The notes beneath the pieces are model-generated. The model made no database searches, was not told the DNA's origin, and worked only from the letters and a program-made list of their open reading frames with translations. From the sequence record PZ019083.1: a stretch of DNA of 41,142 nucleotides, one strand, 5' to 3'. The stretch comes from a phage. Both the position numbers and the translations under genes were made by a program. The stretch's first letter is position 1. Each line of letters begins with the position of its first letter. Shown here one piece after another: positions 18,214-27,954 of this stretch.

Positions 18214-20774
18214 TCCTGCGCTACACGCGAAACGCCGACGGCGCTTTCGACCGTACAAAACACGTCGGGATGCCGATGGAGTTTGTCGTTAACCGTATCC
18301 CTGACGGCGTGCCAGTGCGCGTCTACCTCGGTGAGATCGGCGATGATACAGATGTAACAGACGACTTCGAAGCGCTCAAAGACGAGGACGCCGTGTACCA
18401 CATTATCGAGAGTGCCGGCGGTGGTATCGGCGACGCTATCGGGAGTGTATTCAGCTTCATCCTTAAGCCAATTGCCAAACTGTTCGGGCTTAACACAGCA
18501 GCTAACGCTAATTATTCCGCTACCAACAACCAAGCTACGTCGCCCAATAACAGCCTCACTGACCGCTCAAACAAGCCGCGTCCTTATGAGCGTTCTTATG
18601 ATATCTGTGGGACAGTGCAGACTATCCCCAATGACCTGATGCAGACGTACAAGGTGTTTAACGCCGCTGGTGCGCTTATCGAATACGCGTACTATGACGC
18701 CGGTCGAGGGTATCTGCATATTGAGGAAGACGGTGTAACTGAGGCAGATACCCGAATCAGCGAGATAACTGGCTCGTCGGTGACAGTGTATTCTCCTTAC
18801 ACGTCGCCGAATAATACCAATTCCCCGCAATTGCGCATTGGCGACCCGATAGACCAGAAATTGTACGTTACATTTAAAAACGCCGATGTCGATGGTGCTG
18901 TTCTTCCCGCCCCTAATGACATCGCTATAGACGTAGCCTTGTACACGGTACAACGGCAAGGCGCTACAGGTATTGTAGTTGGCAATGACGCTGGTTTTGA
19001 CGAGATTCTTTCCGTCGGGGATCTGGCCTATTTTGACAATGTATACGCGGACACCACACCCTCTTATCAGGGGGATGAAGTTAACCTGGACGGCCACTAC
19101 ACGGTTCTTTCGGTGAGCGAAACCACACTTGTAGTCGATATAAGTCCAAACCAGTCTGTATGGAACCAGATAGGAACAACCCAATGGGAAATAGACGCCA
19201 ACGTAGGGAATCATCTTATAGGTCCAGCGGACACTTACGCTGCTTCCCTCTCTGAGTGGGCGTACATCACCCGCGGTGCTGTCGACCGTGTTGTAGCCAA
19301 TGTCGCTGCCAGCAACGGCCTGTATAAATACAACGGCGACTATAACCGCGCTTCAGTGACGGTGGAACTGCAATATCAGATGGTGGACGAGTTGAAACAA
19401 CCTGTAGGTGGTATATTTACAGTACAAGGAACAGTAACAGGCAGGAACACAGATTACACGGGGATTACTCTTTATGGAAGTTTACCAACTGCTTCCAGAT
19501 TCCGCGCCCGTATGCGTCGTGTTTCCGACACCGATAAAGATTTTGAAGGTACTGTTAGCGACGAGGTTACTTTCACTAATCTGTATGGGCAGTCACTTGA
19601 CACAACGCCCCACTACGGCAACCGTACTACCGTACACTGCGCTCGTAAACAAACGCCACGTGCCGCGGAGGTGTCCGAACCGGAACTACGTATGATTGCC
19701 ACCGAGATGTGCTACAAATACTTAGGTAACGGCGTATTCGATACGGTAATGACCCCTAATACGCAGGCAGTACAATCACTAATCCGCTTGGCTCGCGACC
19801 CCGCGGTGGGTAATCTGGAACTGTCAACGGCAAACATGGACAAGTTACTTGCTGTGCAGGAAGAGATTGAGTCCTATTTCGGGAGTGAATTAGCGGGTCA
19901 GTTCTGCTACACGTTCGACGACTACGACACCACGATGCAGGACATCGTTCAAACTATAGCTGAGGCCGTGTTCTGTACCGCGTACCGTAAAGGCGCGGAT
20001 ATTATGCTGCGATTCGACCGTCCGGTAGCTGGGCCTGAGATGGTGTTCACCCACCGCAGCAAAACTACCGGTACAGAGAAATGGACGCGCACATTCAACG
20101 ATTCAACAACTTACGATAGCCTGTCGTTCTCATACATCGACCCGGATATAAACGTACAGGAAACGATTTATATCCCGGAAGAACTCGGCGCAAACACCGA
20201 GGAGTACGAATCTAAGGGCGTACGTAACTATCAGCAGGCGTACTGGCTTGCGTGGCGTCGTTACCAACGCAATGCGTTAAGTAAAGTTGTTGTAGAGTTC
20301 GAAGCTACTGAAGAAGGTGTGCTCGCTACCCCCGGCGGCGTAATCAGCGTGGTTAAAGGCTCACGTATCGCCCCGCAGGATGGTTATGTTGTTGCCGTTA
20401 ATGGGCTTACGCTGACGCTATCTCAGCCTGTTACGTTTACTCCTGGCGACGACCACTCCATCATCCTCAAGAAGCGCGATGGTTCCGTACAGAGTATCTC
20501 TGTTATCAAAGGAAGCCATGACCGCGAGGTGGTTATGCTCTCCGCGCCACAGGAGGCAATTTACACGGGGAATAGCGCACTAAAAACTGAGTTTTCATTC
20601 GGCAACGAAGCAAGGCATAATGCTCAGAAGATAGTTGTTTCTTCAATCGACCCGGGCGACGACCGCACGGTCAAGATTACGGGATACAACTATGACGACG
20701 GATTCTATAAATACGACGGCGTCGCGCCATATGGCAGCGGTTTCTCCGACGGATTCAGCAATGGTTTTAATTAA
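18204..20774 (+). CDS. host specificity / central tail fibre protein (J-like)
   Basis: 856 aa at the end of the tail tip module. Confidence 0.55.
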   Translation: MAIILRYTRNADGAFDRTKHVGMPMEFVVNRIPDGVPVRVYLGEIGDDTDVTDDFEALKDEDAVYHIIESAGGGIGDAIGSVFSFILKPIAKLFGLNTAANANYSATNNQATSPNNSLTDRSNKPRPYERSYDICGTVQTIPNDLMQTYKVFNAAGALIEYAYYDAGRGYLHIEEDGVTEADTRISEITGSSVTVYSPYTSPNNTNSPQLRIGDPIDQKLYVTFKNADVDGAVLPAPNDIAIDVALYTVQRQGATGIVVGNDAGFDEILSVGDLAYFDNVYADTTPSYQGDEVNLDGHYTVLSVSETTLVVDISPNQSVWNQIGTTQWEIDANVGNHLIGPADTYAASLSEWAYITRGAVDRVVANVAASNGLYKYNGDYNRASVTVELQYQMVDELKQPVGGIFTVQGTVTGRNTDYTGITLYGSLPTASRFRARMRRVSDTDKDFEGTVSDEVTFTNLYGQSLDTTPHYGNRTTVHCARKQTPRAAEVSEPELRMIATEMCYKYLGNGVFDTVMTPNTQAVQSLIRLARDPAVGNLELSTANMDKLLAVQEEIESYFGSELAGQFCYTFDDYDTTMQDIVQTIAEAVFCTAYRKGADIMLRFDRPVAGPEMVFTHRSKTTGTEKWTRTFNDSTTYDSLSFSYIDPDINVQETIYIPEELGANTEEYESKGVRNYQQAYWLAWRRYQRNALSKVVVEFEATEEGVLATPGGVISVVKGSRIAPQDGYVVAVNGLTLTLSQPVTFTPGDDHSIILKKRDGSVQSISVIKGSHDREVVMLSAPQEAIYTGNSALKTEFSFGNEARHNAQKIVVSSIDPGDDRTVKITGYNYDDGFYKYDGVAPYGSGFSDGFSNGFN

Positions 20775-20790
20775 AGAGGACTATATATAT

Positions 20791-22818
20791 ATGTCAAGCG
20801 GATGCGGTGACGTTTTAAGCCTGGCGGATTTACAGACCGCCAAGAAACACCAGATTTTCGAAGCCGAGGTTATCACCGGTAAATCCGGCGGTGTCGCTGG
20901 TGGTGCTGATATTGATTATGCGACCAATCAGGTAACCGGGCAGACGCAGAAGACGCTCCCCGCCGTGTTGCGTGATGCGGGTTTTAGGCCAGCATCTTTT
21001 ACCTTTGAAACAGGTGGGACCGTATCTGATGCGGGTACTATTGTTTTATGGCCTGAGCCAAGTGGAGATGGGATGTGGTATTACTGGACAGGAAGTCTAC
21101 CAAAAGTAATCCCTGCGGCATCATCCCCTATTGGAGACGCTAATTGGGTGCCAATTGATATCAACGGAGCAGGTAACGACGAGGAGCTATGGCGAACTGT
21201 TTTGAGCTACGTGGGTATTAACCTCGTACCCGGCAGCTTCGAACGCGGTGGTACTTTAAACAATCTTCGCGATGCTATTTGGTCTGAAAAAGAGGCGAAA
21301 GCATACGTTAACTATAACGCACAATTGTCGCCGGTGTTAGTTCCATCTGGCAGCACACCGAACGACATAATTGGTAGCGAAGATGTATCTAAATTCGTAG
21401 GTCATGGGGTAAACATAATTTCATCACCCCGTAAAATGCGTCTGTCGGAGGTAATAGACTTTGGTTCATCTAATGCCCTCGATACCGGTGTAGACCGTGC
21501 GCAATTTAATGGTTTTTCTAAGACTACAAATACCACGGTAGCCGTCGGGGCGACTACGGTAGACTGTGCGCTTTATGTAGACCCTGCATGGTACCAACTC
21601 CCCGGCGGTAGCTCCGGCGGTGTATACCCGCAAAAAGTACAGATAAGAAACACATCGGTGGTATGCGACGCCCCCGCAATCGGGCAAGCTGGCGTTTTTG
21701 TGGAGCAAGGTGGGTTTTTTAATTTCGAAAAAATGGATATTTATGACTTCACTAACGCCATCTGGTTAAAGGGCGCCTGGATTACAACAATCAGAAAAGT
21801 TGTCTCTAACGGTCGTCTTAGAATAGAAAGCGGTACGTCAATAAAGGTTGAACAATGCTCATTCGGCGGTGCGTCAACTAAATTTTCAGCCAACAACGGC
21901 GGTATCTACTTCACAGGGGTATCCTATAGCCACATAGATAACTGTACTAGTGACGGAGGGGCGTTAACTCCATACAAATTTAATGGGTGTAATGCCATTA
22001 AATTGACCGCATGCGGCTGCGAGGAGACAGGCTCATCTGATGCAAACGAGGGTAAAGCCCTGGCATTCGAGAGCAACAACCTTAACATTATAGTGGAGGG
22101 GTTTACTAACCGGCAGTTAGCACACGCCACCAAACCTGTAGCGTCATTTATATCTAACAATAAGGTTACATTCCGTAATTGCGTGTTCTCGCAGACAGGA
22201 ACCAGCCTGTCTAACAGAGATTTTTATATTGCTGAAAACGGTAATGTGATAAATGTTATTGATTGCCAATTCAGCAACGATTCTCTCGATAGCCCTAGAA
22301 TTAAATTCGAAAACGGCGTAACAACATCATCCGTCTATGTAACGGTAAACGGCAGAACATCAAGATACTATTCAAAGGGGGACGGGAAAACATACCGCGC
22401 CCGATTATACGACCAGGAAGGCTCTGACGCTAACGGTTCCTTCATCAAACACTGGAACGGTACAAAGACATGCCGTCATGCTTTCAGCGCTGCACTTTTT
22501 ACGGGTAACTCTAGCCAAGAGACAGTATCTGGCGTGACGATATATAAGTCTAATGGAGTGGCTTGGACGTTCCCGGATGGTGGTTTCTCCACACAACCCG
22601 TAATAACGGCTCAGATTTTATCAACGGGCGGGGCTGCGCCTGCGCTAACACAGGTCAATATCGACTCCACGGGTTTCGGTACTACATCCGCAGGCTCTTT
22701 TTTCCTTTCCGGGCTTAAATCATTTGCTTCTGGCGCCGGAGGTATATCCGCGGCGGTGCGTGTTATGGTAACTGCGTCCGGGACGTGGACTAACGAGGAA
22801 GACGTTACCCCAGCCTAG
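20791..22818 (+). CDS. tailspike / tail fibre with beta-helix-like (depolymerase-like) domain
   Basis: AAGAGGA RBS then ATG 20791; Gly/Asn/Ser/Thr-rich repetitive beta-strand region. Confidence 0.5.
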   Translation: MSSGCGDVLSLADLQTAKKHQIFEAEVITGKSGGVAGGADIDYATNQVTGQTQKTLPAVLRDAGFRPASFTFETGGTVSDAGTIVLWPEPSGDGMWYYWTGSLPKVIPAASSPIGDANWVPIDINGAGNDEELWRTVLSYVGINLVPGSFERGGTLNNLRDAIWSEKEAKAYVNYNAQLSPVLVPSGSTPNDIIGSEDVSKFVGHGVNIISSPRKMRLSEVIDFGSSNALDTGVDRAQFNGFSKTTNTTVAVGATTVDCALYVDPAWYQLPGGSSGGVYPQKVQIRNTSVVCDAPAIGQAGVFVEQGGFFNFEKMDIYDFTNAIWLKGAWITTIRKVVSNGRLRIESGTSIKVEQCSFGGASTKFSANNGGIYFTGVSYSHIDNCTSDGGALTPYKFNGCNAIKLTACGCEETGSSDANEGKALAFESNNLNIIVEGFTNRQLAHATKPVASFISNNKVTFRNCVFSQTGTSLSNRDFYIAENGNVINVIDCQFSNDSLDSPRIKFENGVTTSSVYVTVNGRTSRYYSKGDGKTYRARLYDQEGSDANGSFIKHWNGTKTCRHAFSAALFTGNSSQETVSGVTIYKSNGVAWTFPDGGFSTQPVITAQILSTGGAAPALTQVNIDSTGFGTTSAGSFFLSGLKSFASGAGGISAAVRVMVTASGTWTNEEDVTPA

Positions 22819-22831
22819 TTGACCTAAAACT

Positions 22832-22854
22832 AAGGCCCCAAACGGGGCCTTTTC
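22832..22854. terminator. bidirectional intrinsic terminator
   Basis: AAGGCCCC-AAAC-GGGGCCTT + T-run, between convergent late (+) and replication (-) operons. Confidence 0.6.
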
Positions 22855-22855
22855 T

Positions 22856-22993
22856 CTACTCTTCTGCTAACTTCTCCAGTACAAACGCCAGTTGCGCATT
22901 AGCGGCGTCTCTTTGCTGCCGTAGTCGTAGAACCTCTTCTTCGAGTTCCTTGATACGTTTTTGCAATGCTGGAATCGGCGCTACGATGTTCAT
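22856..22993 (-). CDS. small coiled-coil protein (45 aa)
   Basis: ATGA start-stop overlap with HNH gene; translation MNIVAPIPALQKRIKELEEEVLRLRQQRDAANAQLAFVLEKLAEE. Confidence 0.3.
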   Translation of the reverse strand: MNIVAPIPALQKRIKELEEEVLRLRQQRDAANAQLAFVLEKLAEE

Positions 22994-23304
22994 GCGGTTT
23001 CTCCGTGGTTTTCATGAAATCCGTAAGCAGCTTCCGCGGCTTTACGCGCGGCAACAGCTTCGTTAAAATCATCAAACCTTCCAATAGTTTTTGTCTTTCT
23101 AAATTTGGTTATCTGCACCAACCACTTGCACCGCTCTTTGTCAAATGACACCCCTACCGCCCCAGACCTATTACGCCCAGTAGCCAGCCTGTTCATAGCG
23201 TTTTCTTGCTTAGTAACTACTCTTAAATTTGCGAGCCTGTTATCCGCGCGATTATGATTCTGGTGGTCTATTTCCATGCCGTCTGGTATAGGGCCATTGA
23301 ACAT
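22990..23304 (-). CDS. HNH endonuclease with AP2-like DNA-binding domain; N-terminal part of the domain lies upstream behind in-frame stops
   Basis: Motif EIDHQNHNRADNRLANLR (HNH) then GVSFDKERCKWLVQ...GRFDDFNEAVAARKAAE (AP2-like). Confidence 0.55.
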   Translation of the reverse strand: MFNGPIPDGMEIDHQNHNRADNRLANLRVVTKQENAMNRLATGRNRSGAVGVSFDKERCKWLVQITKFRKTKTIGRFDDFNEAVAARKAAEAAYGFHENHGETA

Positions 23305-23481
23305 TTCCCATATGACTCGGTGCGCGCGGTAGATAACTCCATTGTAGCGAAACTGAATGTAGCCGAACTTGTTTAGTGTTCCCGCTACCGCACCTTTAGC
23401 AACATTTTTTAGCGGGTTTTATGATCCATATCAGATTTCCAGTCTCTGGTTCATACCGTAGGACATTCTTCCAGATAAACA

Positions 23482-24903
23482 TTATCGTTTCCTTCTCTTC
23501 ATATAATTAAGTAGTTCGTCCTGTACAGACCTTTTCTCGTCTGTACGCGCGGCGACAACTTCATCAAGAGTATTTCGGGCTATTATTTGATAAATGAATA
23601 CAGACCGTTTGTATCCAGATTGCATCTGCCTTACCGGGCCTATACGCTCGATAACCTGCAGATAATGTTCCAGGTTCCACCCCTGACTAATAAATGCCAT
23701 GTGGTGTCCGCCATGTTGTAGCGACAGCCCGTGGCCCGCAGAAGCTGGGTGTATCAGGAGCATAGGTATCTCACCGCGGTTCCACGCTTCCATCTGCTTA
23801 TTGCCCTTAGCACCTTTTGCAAATGCCTGTGCTTGGGGGAATCGCTTAAGGATGCGCTCCAGTTCGTGCTTGAACTGATAGGCGACCAGTAACGGCGCAC
23901 CCTGTAACTCCTCAACAATTGACTCAAGCGCATCCAGTTTCGTGTCGTGCACTTTCTCCCATTCTTTGGTTGCTTCGCCGTCTTCGCCCGTCACATACAC
24001 AGCACCGGAAGCAATCTGCAAGCACTTAGCCGTTTTAGCGGCGGCGTTGGCGGCCTGCACCTCCCCACTCTCCAGTTCCGCGATTAACTTTTTCTCCATG
24101 TCGTCGTACGCCTGACGCGCTTTCTTCGGCAGGTCGATTTCAACCGGTACAATAATCGGCGCTTCACAACCAAACCACTCGGCGGGGTCGATGGTCAGGC
24201 TGATGTCTTTCATCTTCTGATGAATCTCATTATCGGCACCAGGTCGCGCGTGATATTCACGCGCCATAGCCGACTTACCTTTCTGTACCGAGTTAAACCA
24301 GCGGTCGGTGAATGCTGTGTACGATGAACCGAGTCGCTCACCGGCGTCGATAAACCAGTTCTGACCCCACAAGTCTTTGAGGCCGTTTGGCGACGGCGTA
24401 CCAGTCAGGTTGATGAAACGCCTAACCTTACCGAACGCCACTTTACTAAGCGCCTTTGCTCGCTTGCTTCCGCCAGAACGGCTACGGAATGATTTAAGCT
24501 TCGTGCTTTCATCAGCAACAATAACGGTAAAAGGCCAGTCGTCTTTGCCGTAGTAGTCAATCAGCCACTCGATAACCTCGTAGTTGGTGCATACCACGTT
24601 AGCGTCTGACTCCAGAGCCGCGATGCGGCGCTTCTCCGAACCTGTTGCATCGGCGACACTCAGACACGGGAAACCCCACTTAGTTTGTTCTGCGGGCCAC
24701 GTACCAGACGCAACGCGCAACGGGGCAAGGATTAACACGCGGTCCTCTTCGGTAAGCTGCCCGTTGCGAAACAGTCGGTTGAGCACCCACATAGTAGAGG
24801 AGGTTTTACCCCCTCCCATGCCGCACCAGATATTACAGCGAGGGTGTTGCAACATGAACGAAGTCATGAGCTTCTGGTATTCACGCCTTTGAAACTTACT
24901 CAT
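23482..24903 (-). CDS. SNF2/DEAD-like superfamily 2 DNA helicase
   Basis: Walker A GMGGGKT, DExx box VADEST, helicase C-terminal motifs. Confidence 0.8.
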   Translation of the reverse strand: MSKFQRREYQKLMTSFMLQHPRCNIWCGMGGGKTSSTMWVLNRLFRNGQLTEEDRVLILAPLRVASGTWPAEQTKWGFPCLSVADATGSEKRRIAALESDANVVCTNYEVIEWLIDYYGKDDWPFTVIVADESTKLKSFRSRSGGSKRAKALSKVAFGKVRRFINLTGTPSPNGLKDLWGQNWFIDAGERLGSSYTAFTDRWFNSVQKGKSAMAREYHARPGADNEIHQKMKDISLTIDPAEWFGCEAPIIVPVEIDLPKKARQAYDDMEKKLIAELESGEVQAANAAAKTAKCLQIASGAVYVTGEDGEATKEWEKVHDTKLDALESIVEELQGAPLLVAYQFKHELERILKRFPQAQAFAKGAKGNKQMEAWNRGEIPMLLIHPASAGHGLSLQHGGHHMAFISQGWNLEHYLQVIERIGPVRQMQSGYKRSVFIYQIIARNTLDEVVAARTDEKRSVQDELLNYMKRRKR

Positions 24904-25091
24904 TTTGCCACCAGAACTAACTCTTTACGTCCGAACGCCGTAACGTTACCAGTTACATCTTCGATAACCAGTTTACCGTTCGACTCGACAAACACCGTAT
25001 CTACGGCAACAGGGCGACGGGTCTTAACGTTGAAAATCAGGTCACCAGGTACGATGTCACGTGCTGGTTTGCGGTCATATTCGTGTTTCAT
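24900..25091 (-). CDS. hypothetical protein (63 aa)
   Basis: ATGA coupling to helicase gene; immediately downstream of promoter at 25125-25153. Confidence 0.4.
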   Translation of the reverse strand: MKHEYDRKPARDIVPGDLIFNVKTRRPVAVDTVFVESNGKLVIEDVTGNVTAFGRKELVLVAK

Positions 25092-25121
25092 TTCTCAATT
25101 CCTTATATTGTTGGTGTAGGG

Positions 25122-25406
25122 CTAACTATAATAGTTAGCTATTAGGTCGTCAACCTGTTTAAACGAACCAACGACAAAAACATTCGCGCCACGTTTACGC
25201 ATCCGCGCGTGTTCACGTAGCTGGTGCGGGTCTGGCTTCGTGTTTTCGTCTTTCTTAACCTCGACGAACCAGACTATGCCGCCGGGGAGAATTACCAGCA
25301 GGTCAGGAGCGCCTGAGCGCCCCTCGTAAGACAGCTTACGAACGAGGCCACCAATGGCCTCGAACATCTCTTTTGCGTATTTCTGAATCTTGCCTTCCGG
25401 GGTCAT
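25122..25406 (-). CDS. VRR-NUC domain nuclease
   Basis: Motif GAPDLLVILPGGIVWFVEVK typical of VRR-NUC PD-(D/E)XK fold. Confidence 0.65.
   Translation of the reverse strand: MTPEGKIQKYAKEMFEAIGGLVRKLSYEGRSGAPDLLVILPGGIVWFVEVKKDENTKPDPHQLREHARMRKRGANVFVVGSFKQVDDLIANYYS
25125..25153 (-). promoter_or_regulatory. sigma70 promoter TTGACG-17-TATAGT (class B) embedded in 3' end of VRR-NUC gene
   Basis: Same architecture as promoters at 28680 and 30799. Confidence 0.5.
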
Positions 25407-25555
25407 GAGCGCAGAACCCAGGTTATAAACGCTCCTCCGAGAACGGCAACGCCAACAAACTTAAAGAACAGGCCGTAACAGAACATCGCAGCTATTCCCG
25501 CGCCGAGTAACAGTGCGAGCATGGTTACTATCGCCCAAAATACAAACATTGTCAT
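25403..25555 (-). CDS. small membrane protein (50 aa)
   Basis: Two hydrophobic helices; ATGA overlaps on both sides. Confidence 0.35.
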   Translation of the reverse strand: MTMFVFWAIVTMLALLLGAGIAAMFCYGLFFKFVGVAVLGGAFITWVLRS

Positions 25556-25641
25556 AATACGCACCCCTCGCGTTTCGTGTGCTCAATACCGCAGCGCGGA
25601 CAGATTCGGCAGTCTTCTTCGTAGAACCAGTAAATTTTCAT
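25552..25641 (-). CDS. mini zinc-ribbon-like protein (29 aa)
   Basis: Translation MKIYWFYEEDCRICPRCGIEHTKREGCVL (C-x2-C-x2-C ... C); ATGA overlaps on both sides. Confidence 0.3.
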   Translation of the reverse strand: MKIYWFYEEDCRICPRCGIEHTKREGCVL

Positions 25642-25769
25642 TCCAGCACCCACAGATAAATTGCGATGAACATTCCCAATACCGCAGCCATCATGCCGTA
25701 TTGGCCCTCGTGACAATAGACACCGGCGGCAAATCCTGCCAGTAACGCGATAATCAGTTTACTTAGCAT
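25638..25769 (-). CDS. small membrane protein (43 aa)
   Basis: Hydrophobic; starts 11 nt inside DNA polymerase 3' end. Confidence 0.3.
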   Translation of the reverse strand: MLSKLIIALLAGFAAGVYCHEGQYGMMAAVLGMFIAIYLWVLE

Positions 25770-27939
25770 AGCGCTTCATCTCCGCACCTTCTGCCACAAG
25801 AGGGAACCCTTCGGCCCATTCCGGTAATTCGCACATTAATTTTTCCAGTTCAGCCACCGTGTACTCAGGTGTGTCTGGAGTTTCACACACTAATTCATCG
25901 TGTACCGAAAGCACGATGGGGTACCCGCCGCCCTCAACATTAATCATCGCGTATGCGAGTAAATCACGGCACAGCGCCTGAGTGCAGTTTTCCACCAGTT
26001 TACCGGAGTAGGTGTACTGGAAGCCCCACTGACGGGTTAACTGGTTTTCGCCCTGGTACTTGATGCGCACGTTAGTGGACACCTTCCCGTCTTCGTCTGC
26101 CTCTTTAGACACACTTAACCCGACGCCCGGATAAGACATAACGCGGCCCGACGGCAACGTCATGCGCAGCCACCAACCAGCGACTTTGTTGCCGTTGTTA
26201 TCTGTTTCTACGTTACGCGAAAACTTAACTCCCCGCGGACCTGCAGTGAACTCTTTACCTGGGTTGCGGATAGCCGCCATAGCTGCGTCTTCAATATCAC
26301 GCCAGAATGCTACTGTTTCAGGGTGAGACTCCCGCCACATGCGCTTGATAGCGTCACAGGTGCGCCACACTTTCTTATCAAGAATATATGACGGCCGGTC
26401 GTCTTTTTCACCAGGACGTGGTTGTCGCTTGGCTTCCTGAATACGTGCCCACTCATATCCACGTGCGGTAGCGGTCCAGATGTGGTCGGGGAAAGTACCG
26501 TCCATTGTTTTAGCCATATCAACCAGGTCAAGGCCGAGGTTCTTGGCGAACTGTACGAATGCGCCGACACCGCCCGCGTAGCCAAGACCCAATTCACAGG
26601 CTTTACCAATCTGGCGTAAGTCTTTACGTTCTTTCTTAATGTAATCCGGATCCATGCCAAACATCTTACCCGCGGTTACACAGTAAATATCCAGCCCAGC
26701 GCGGAACGTATCGAGCGCGGTTTCTTCTCCCGCCAGCCACGCAAGCCCACGGCCTTCAACGTTAGAGTAATCGGCAACGACAAACTTATGCCCTGCTTCC
26801 GGGATAATGCAGCTACGAACTGTCGATGCCGTCAGCTTGGCTACGTCAAATCGGCGGTGAGCACGACCCTTAAGTAACGCTGAAATGCCTTTATCCAGTT
26901 CATCATCATGATAGTACCCGCGGGCCAGGTTCTGCGGCTGAAAGCCTTTACCCGCCCATCGCAAAGTACGTTTTGCCCCGCCGTACTGTAAACAACCGCG
27001 GCGTCGGTCGTCCGACGAGCGGCCCAACAGCAGCGGGTTATATTTCGTTGATGCGGTGGATGCGGCCCCGAGGCGCATTTCGATAATCGTGCGAGCGTCG
27101 TCCGGTAAATCATCATCCGCCAGCAGGTCGTTAAGCGTCGACTTCTGCGCATTGTGGATGCGGTGCGCTGGCGCAAGTTCACGCAGAATCGGAAGGAAGT
27201 CTTTACCGGTAAGTGAGCCGCCGTATTTGCGTTGGGCTTCTTCCTGTAACTGTGCCTTGTGCTTCTCCACGGCTTCAATCGCTGCTTCTGCCAGCGCTAC
27301 GTCAACCTTAAACCCGCGGTCGTTGATTAACTGGTCCAGTTCCAGTACACGGTCTTCAAACTCGGAGTTACCCCACCGCGGCAGCTTATGGAAGACTTCC
27401 CGCATCGCAGTGATGTCGCTCACGGCGTACTTGATGAACAGCGCCCACTCATCGGGATGTGTTTCAGCGGTGTAGCGGCGGATTTTGTAGTTCTTAGGTG
27501 TCGGTTTAGAAAAACGCTGAATCAGCGCCTTGCCGCGTTTGTCTTTTGCGTTGTCCGCAGACACGCCCAGCACTTCGCACAATGCGTCAAGTGAACCCGG
27601 CAGCGCGTGGCGAAACGCCCAAATCATCGTATCAATGGTGTTGCTTACCGGAATATCAAAGTCCCAGCAGTGTTTCATGATGAGCCTGTCGAACATTGAG
27701 CCGTTGTGCCACACCATCTTAATGCGGCTGTTTGGCTTAACCAGACGGCGTAAGGCGCGGTGCAAATCCCCCGGCATGTCGCTGCCGTCTGTGCAATCCC
27801 ATACCTGCACAGGCTCGTCGTCAAAAGCGTATGTGCAGATAAGCACTTCGGTAGTTGGGTGCTCTGCGTAAGCGTATGAACCGACTTTCTTTAAATCGGC
27901 TTCGGAGAATGTTTCAAAGTCTAAGAACAGGTAACTCAT
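25759..27939 (-). CDS. DNA polymerase, family A with N-terminal 3'-5' exonuclease
   Basis: N-terminal LDFETFS exo motif, 726 aa, Pol A-like C-terminal region. Confidence 0.8.
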   Translation of the reverse strand: MSYLFLDFETFSEADLKKVGSYAYAEHPTTEVLICTYAFDDEPVQVWDCTDGSDMPGDLHRALRRLVKPNSRIKMVWHNGSMFDRLIMKHCWDFDIPVSNTIDTMIWAFRHALPGSLDALCEVLGVSADNAKDKRGKALIQRFSKPTPKNYKIRRYTAETHPDEWALFIKYAVSDITAMREVFHKLPRWGNSEFEDRVLELDQLINDRGFKVDVALAEAAIEAVEKHKAQLQEEAQRKYGGSLTGKDFLPILRELAPAHRIHNAQKSTLNDLLADDDLPDDARTIIEMRLGAASTASTKYNPLLLGRSSDDRRRGCLQYGGAKRTLRWAGKGFQPQNLARGYYHDDELDKGISALLKGRAHRRFDVAKLTASTVRSCIIPEAGHKFVVADYSNVEGRGLAWLAGEETALDTFRAGLDIYCVTAGKMFGMDPDYIKKERKDLRQIGKACELGLGYAGGVGAFVQFAKNLGLDLVDMAKTMDGTFPDHIWTATARGYEWARIQEAKRQPRPGEKDDRPSYILDKKVWRTCDAIKRMWRESHPETVAFWRDIEDAAMAAIRNPGKEFTAGPRGVKFSRNVETDNNGNKVAGWWLRMTLPSGRVMSYPGVGLSVSKEADEDGKVSTNVRIKYQGENQLTRQWGFQYTYSGKLVENCTQALCRDLLAYAMINVEGGGYPIVLSVHDELVCETPDTPEYTVAELEKLMCELPEWAEGFPLVAEGAEMKRYAK

Positions 27940-27954
27940 TATTTTCGACCCTTA

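Noticed and set aside
18567-19214. 215-aa minus-strand ORF inside the J-like tail fibre gene
   Set aside because: Antisense to a long conserved plus-strand ORF; no promoter or RBS context.
22899-23084. 61-aa minus-strand ORF from the ORF track
   Set aside because: Out of frame with the HNH gene it overlaps; the ATGA-coupled 45-aa ORF (22856-22993) explains the region better.
26841-27475. Several ORFs of 113-145 aa on both strands within the DNA polymerase gene
   Set aside because: Overlap the polymerase coding frame; Arg/Ser-rich translations typical of alternative-frame reading of a GC-rich gene.
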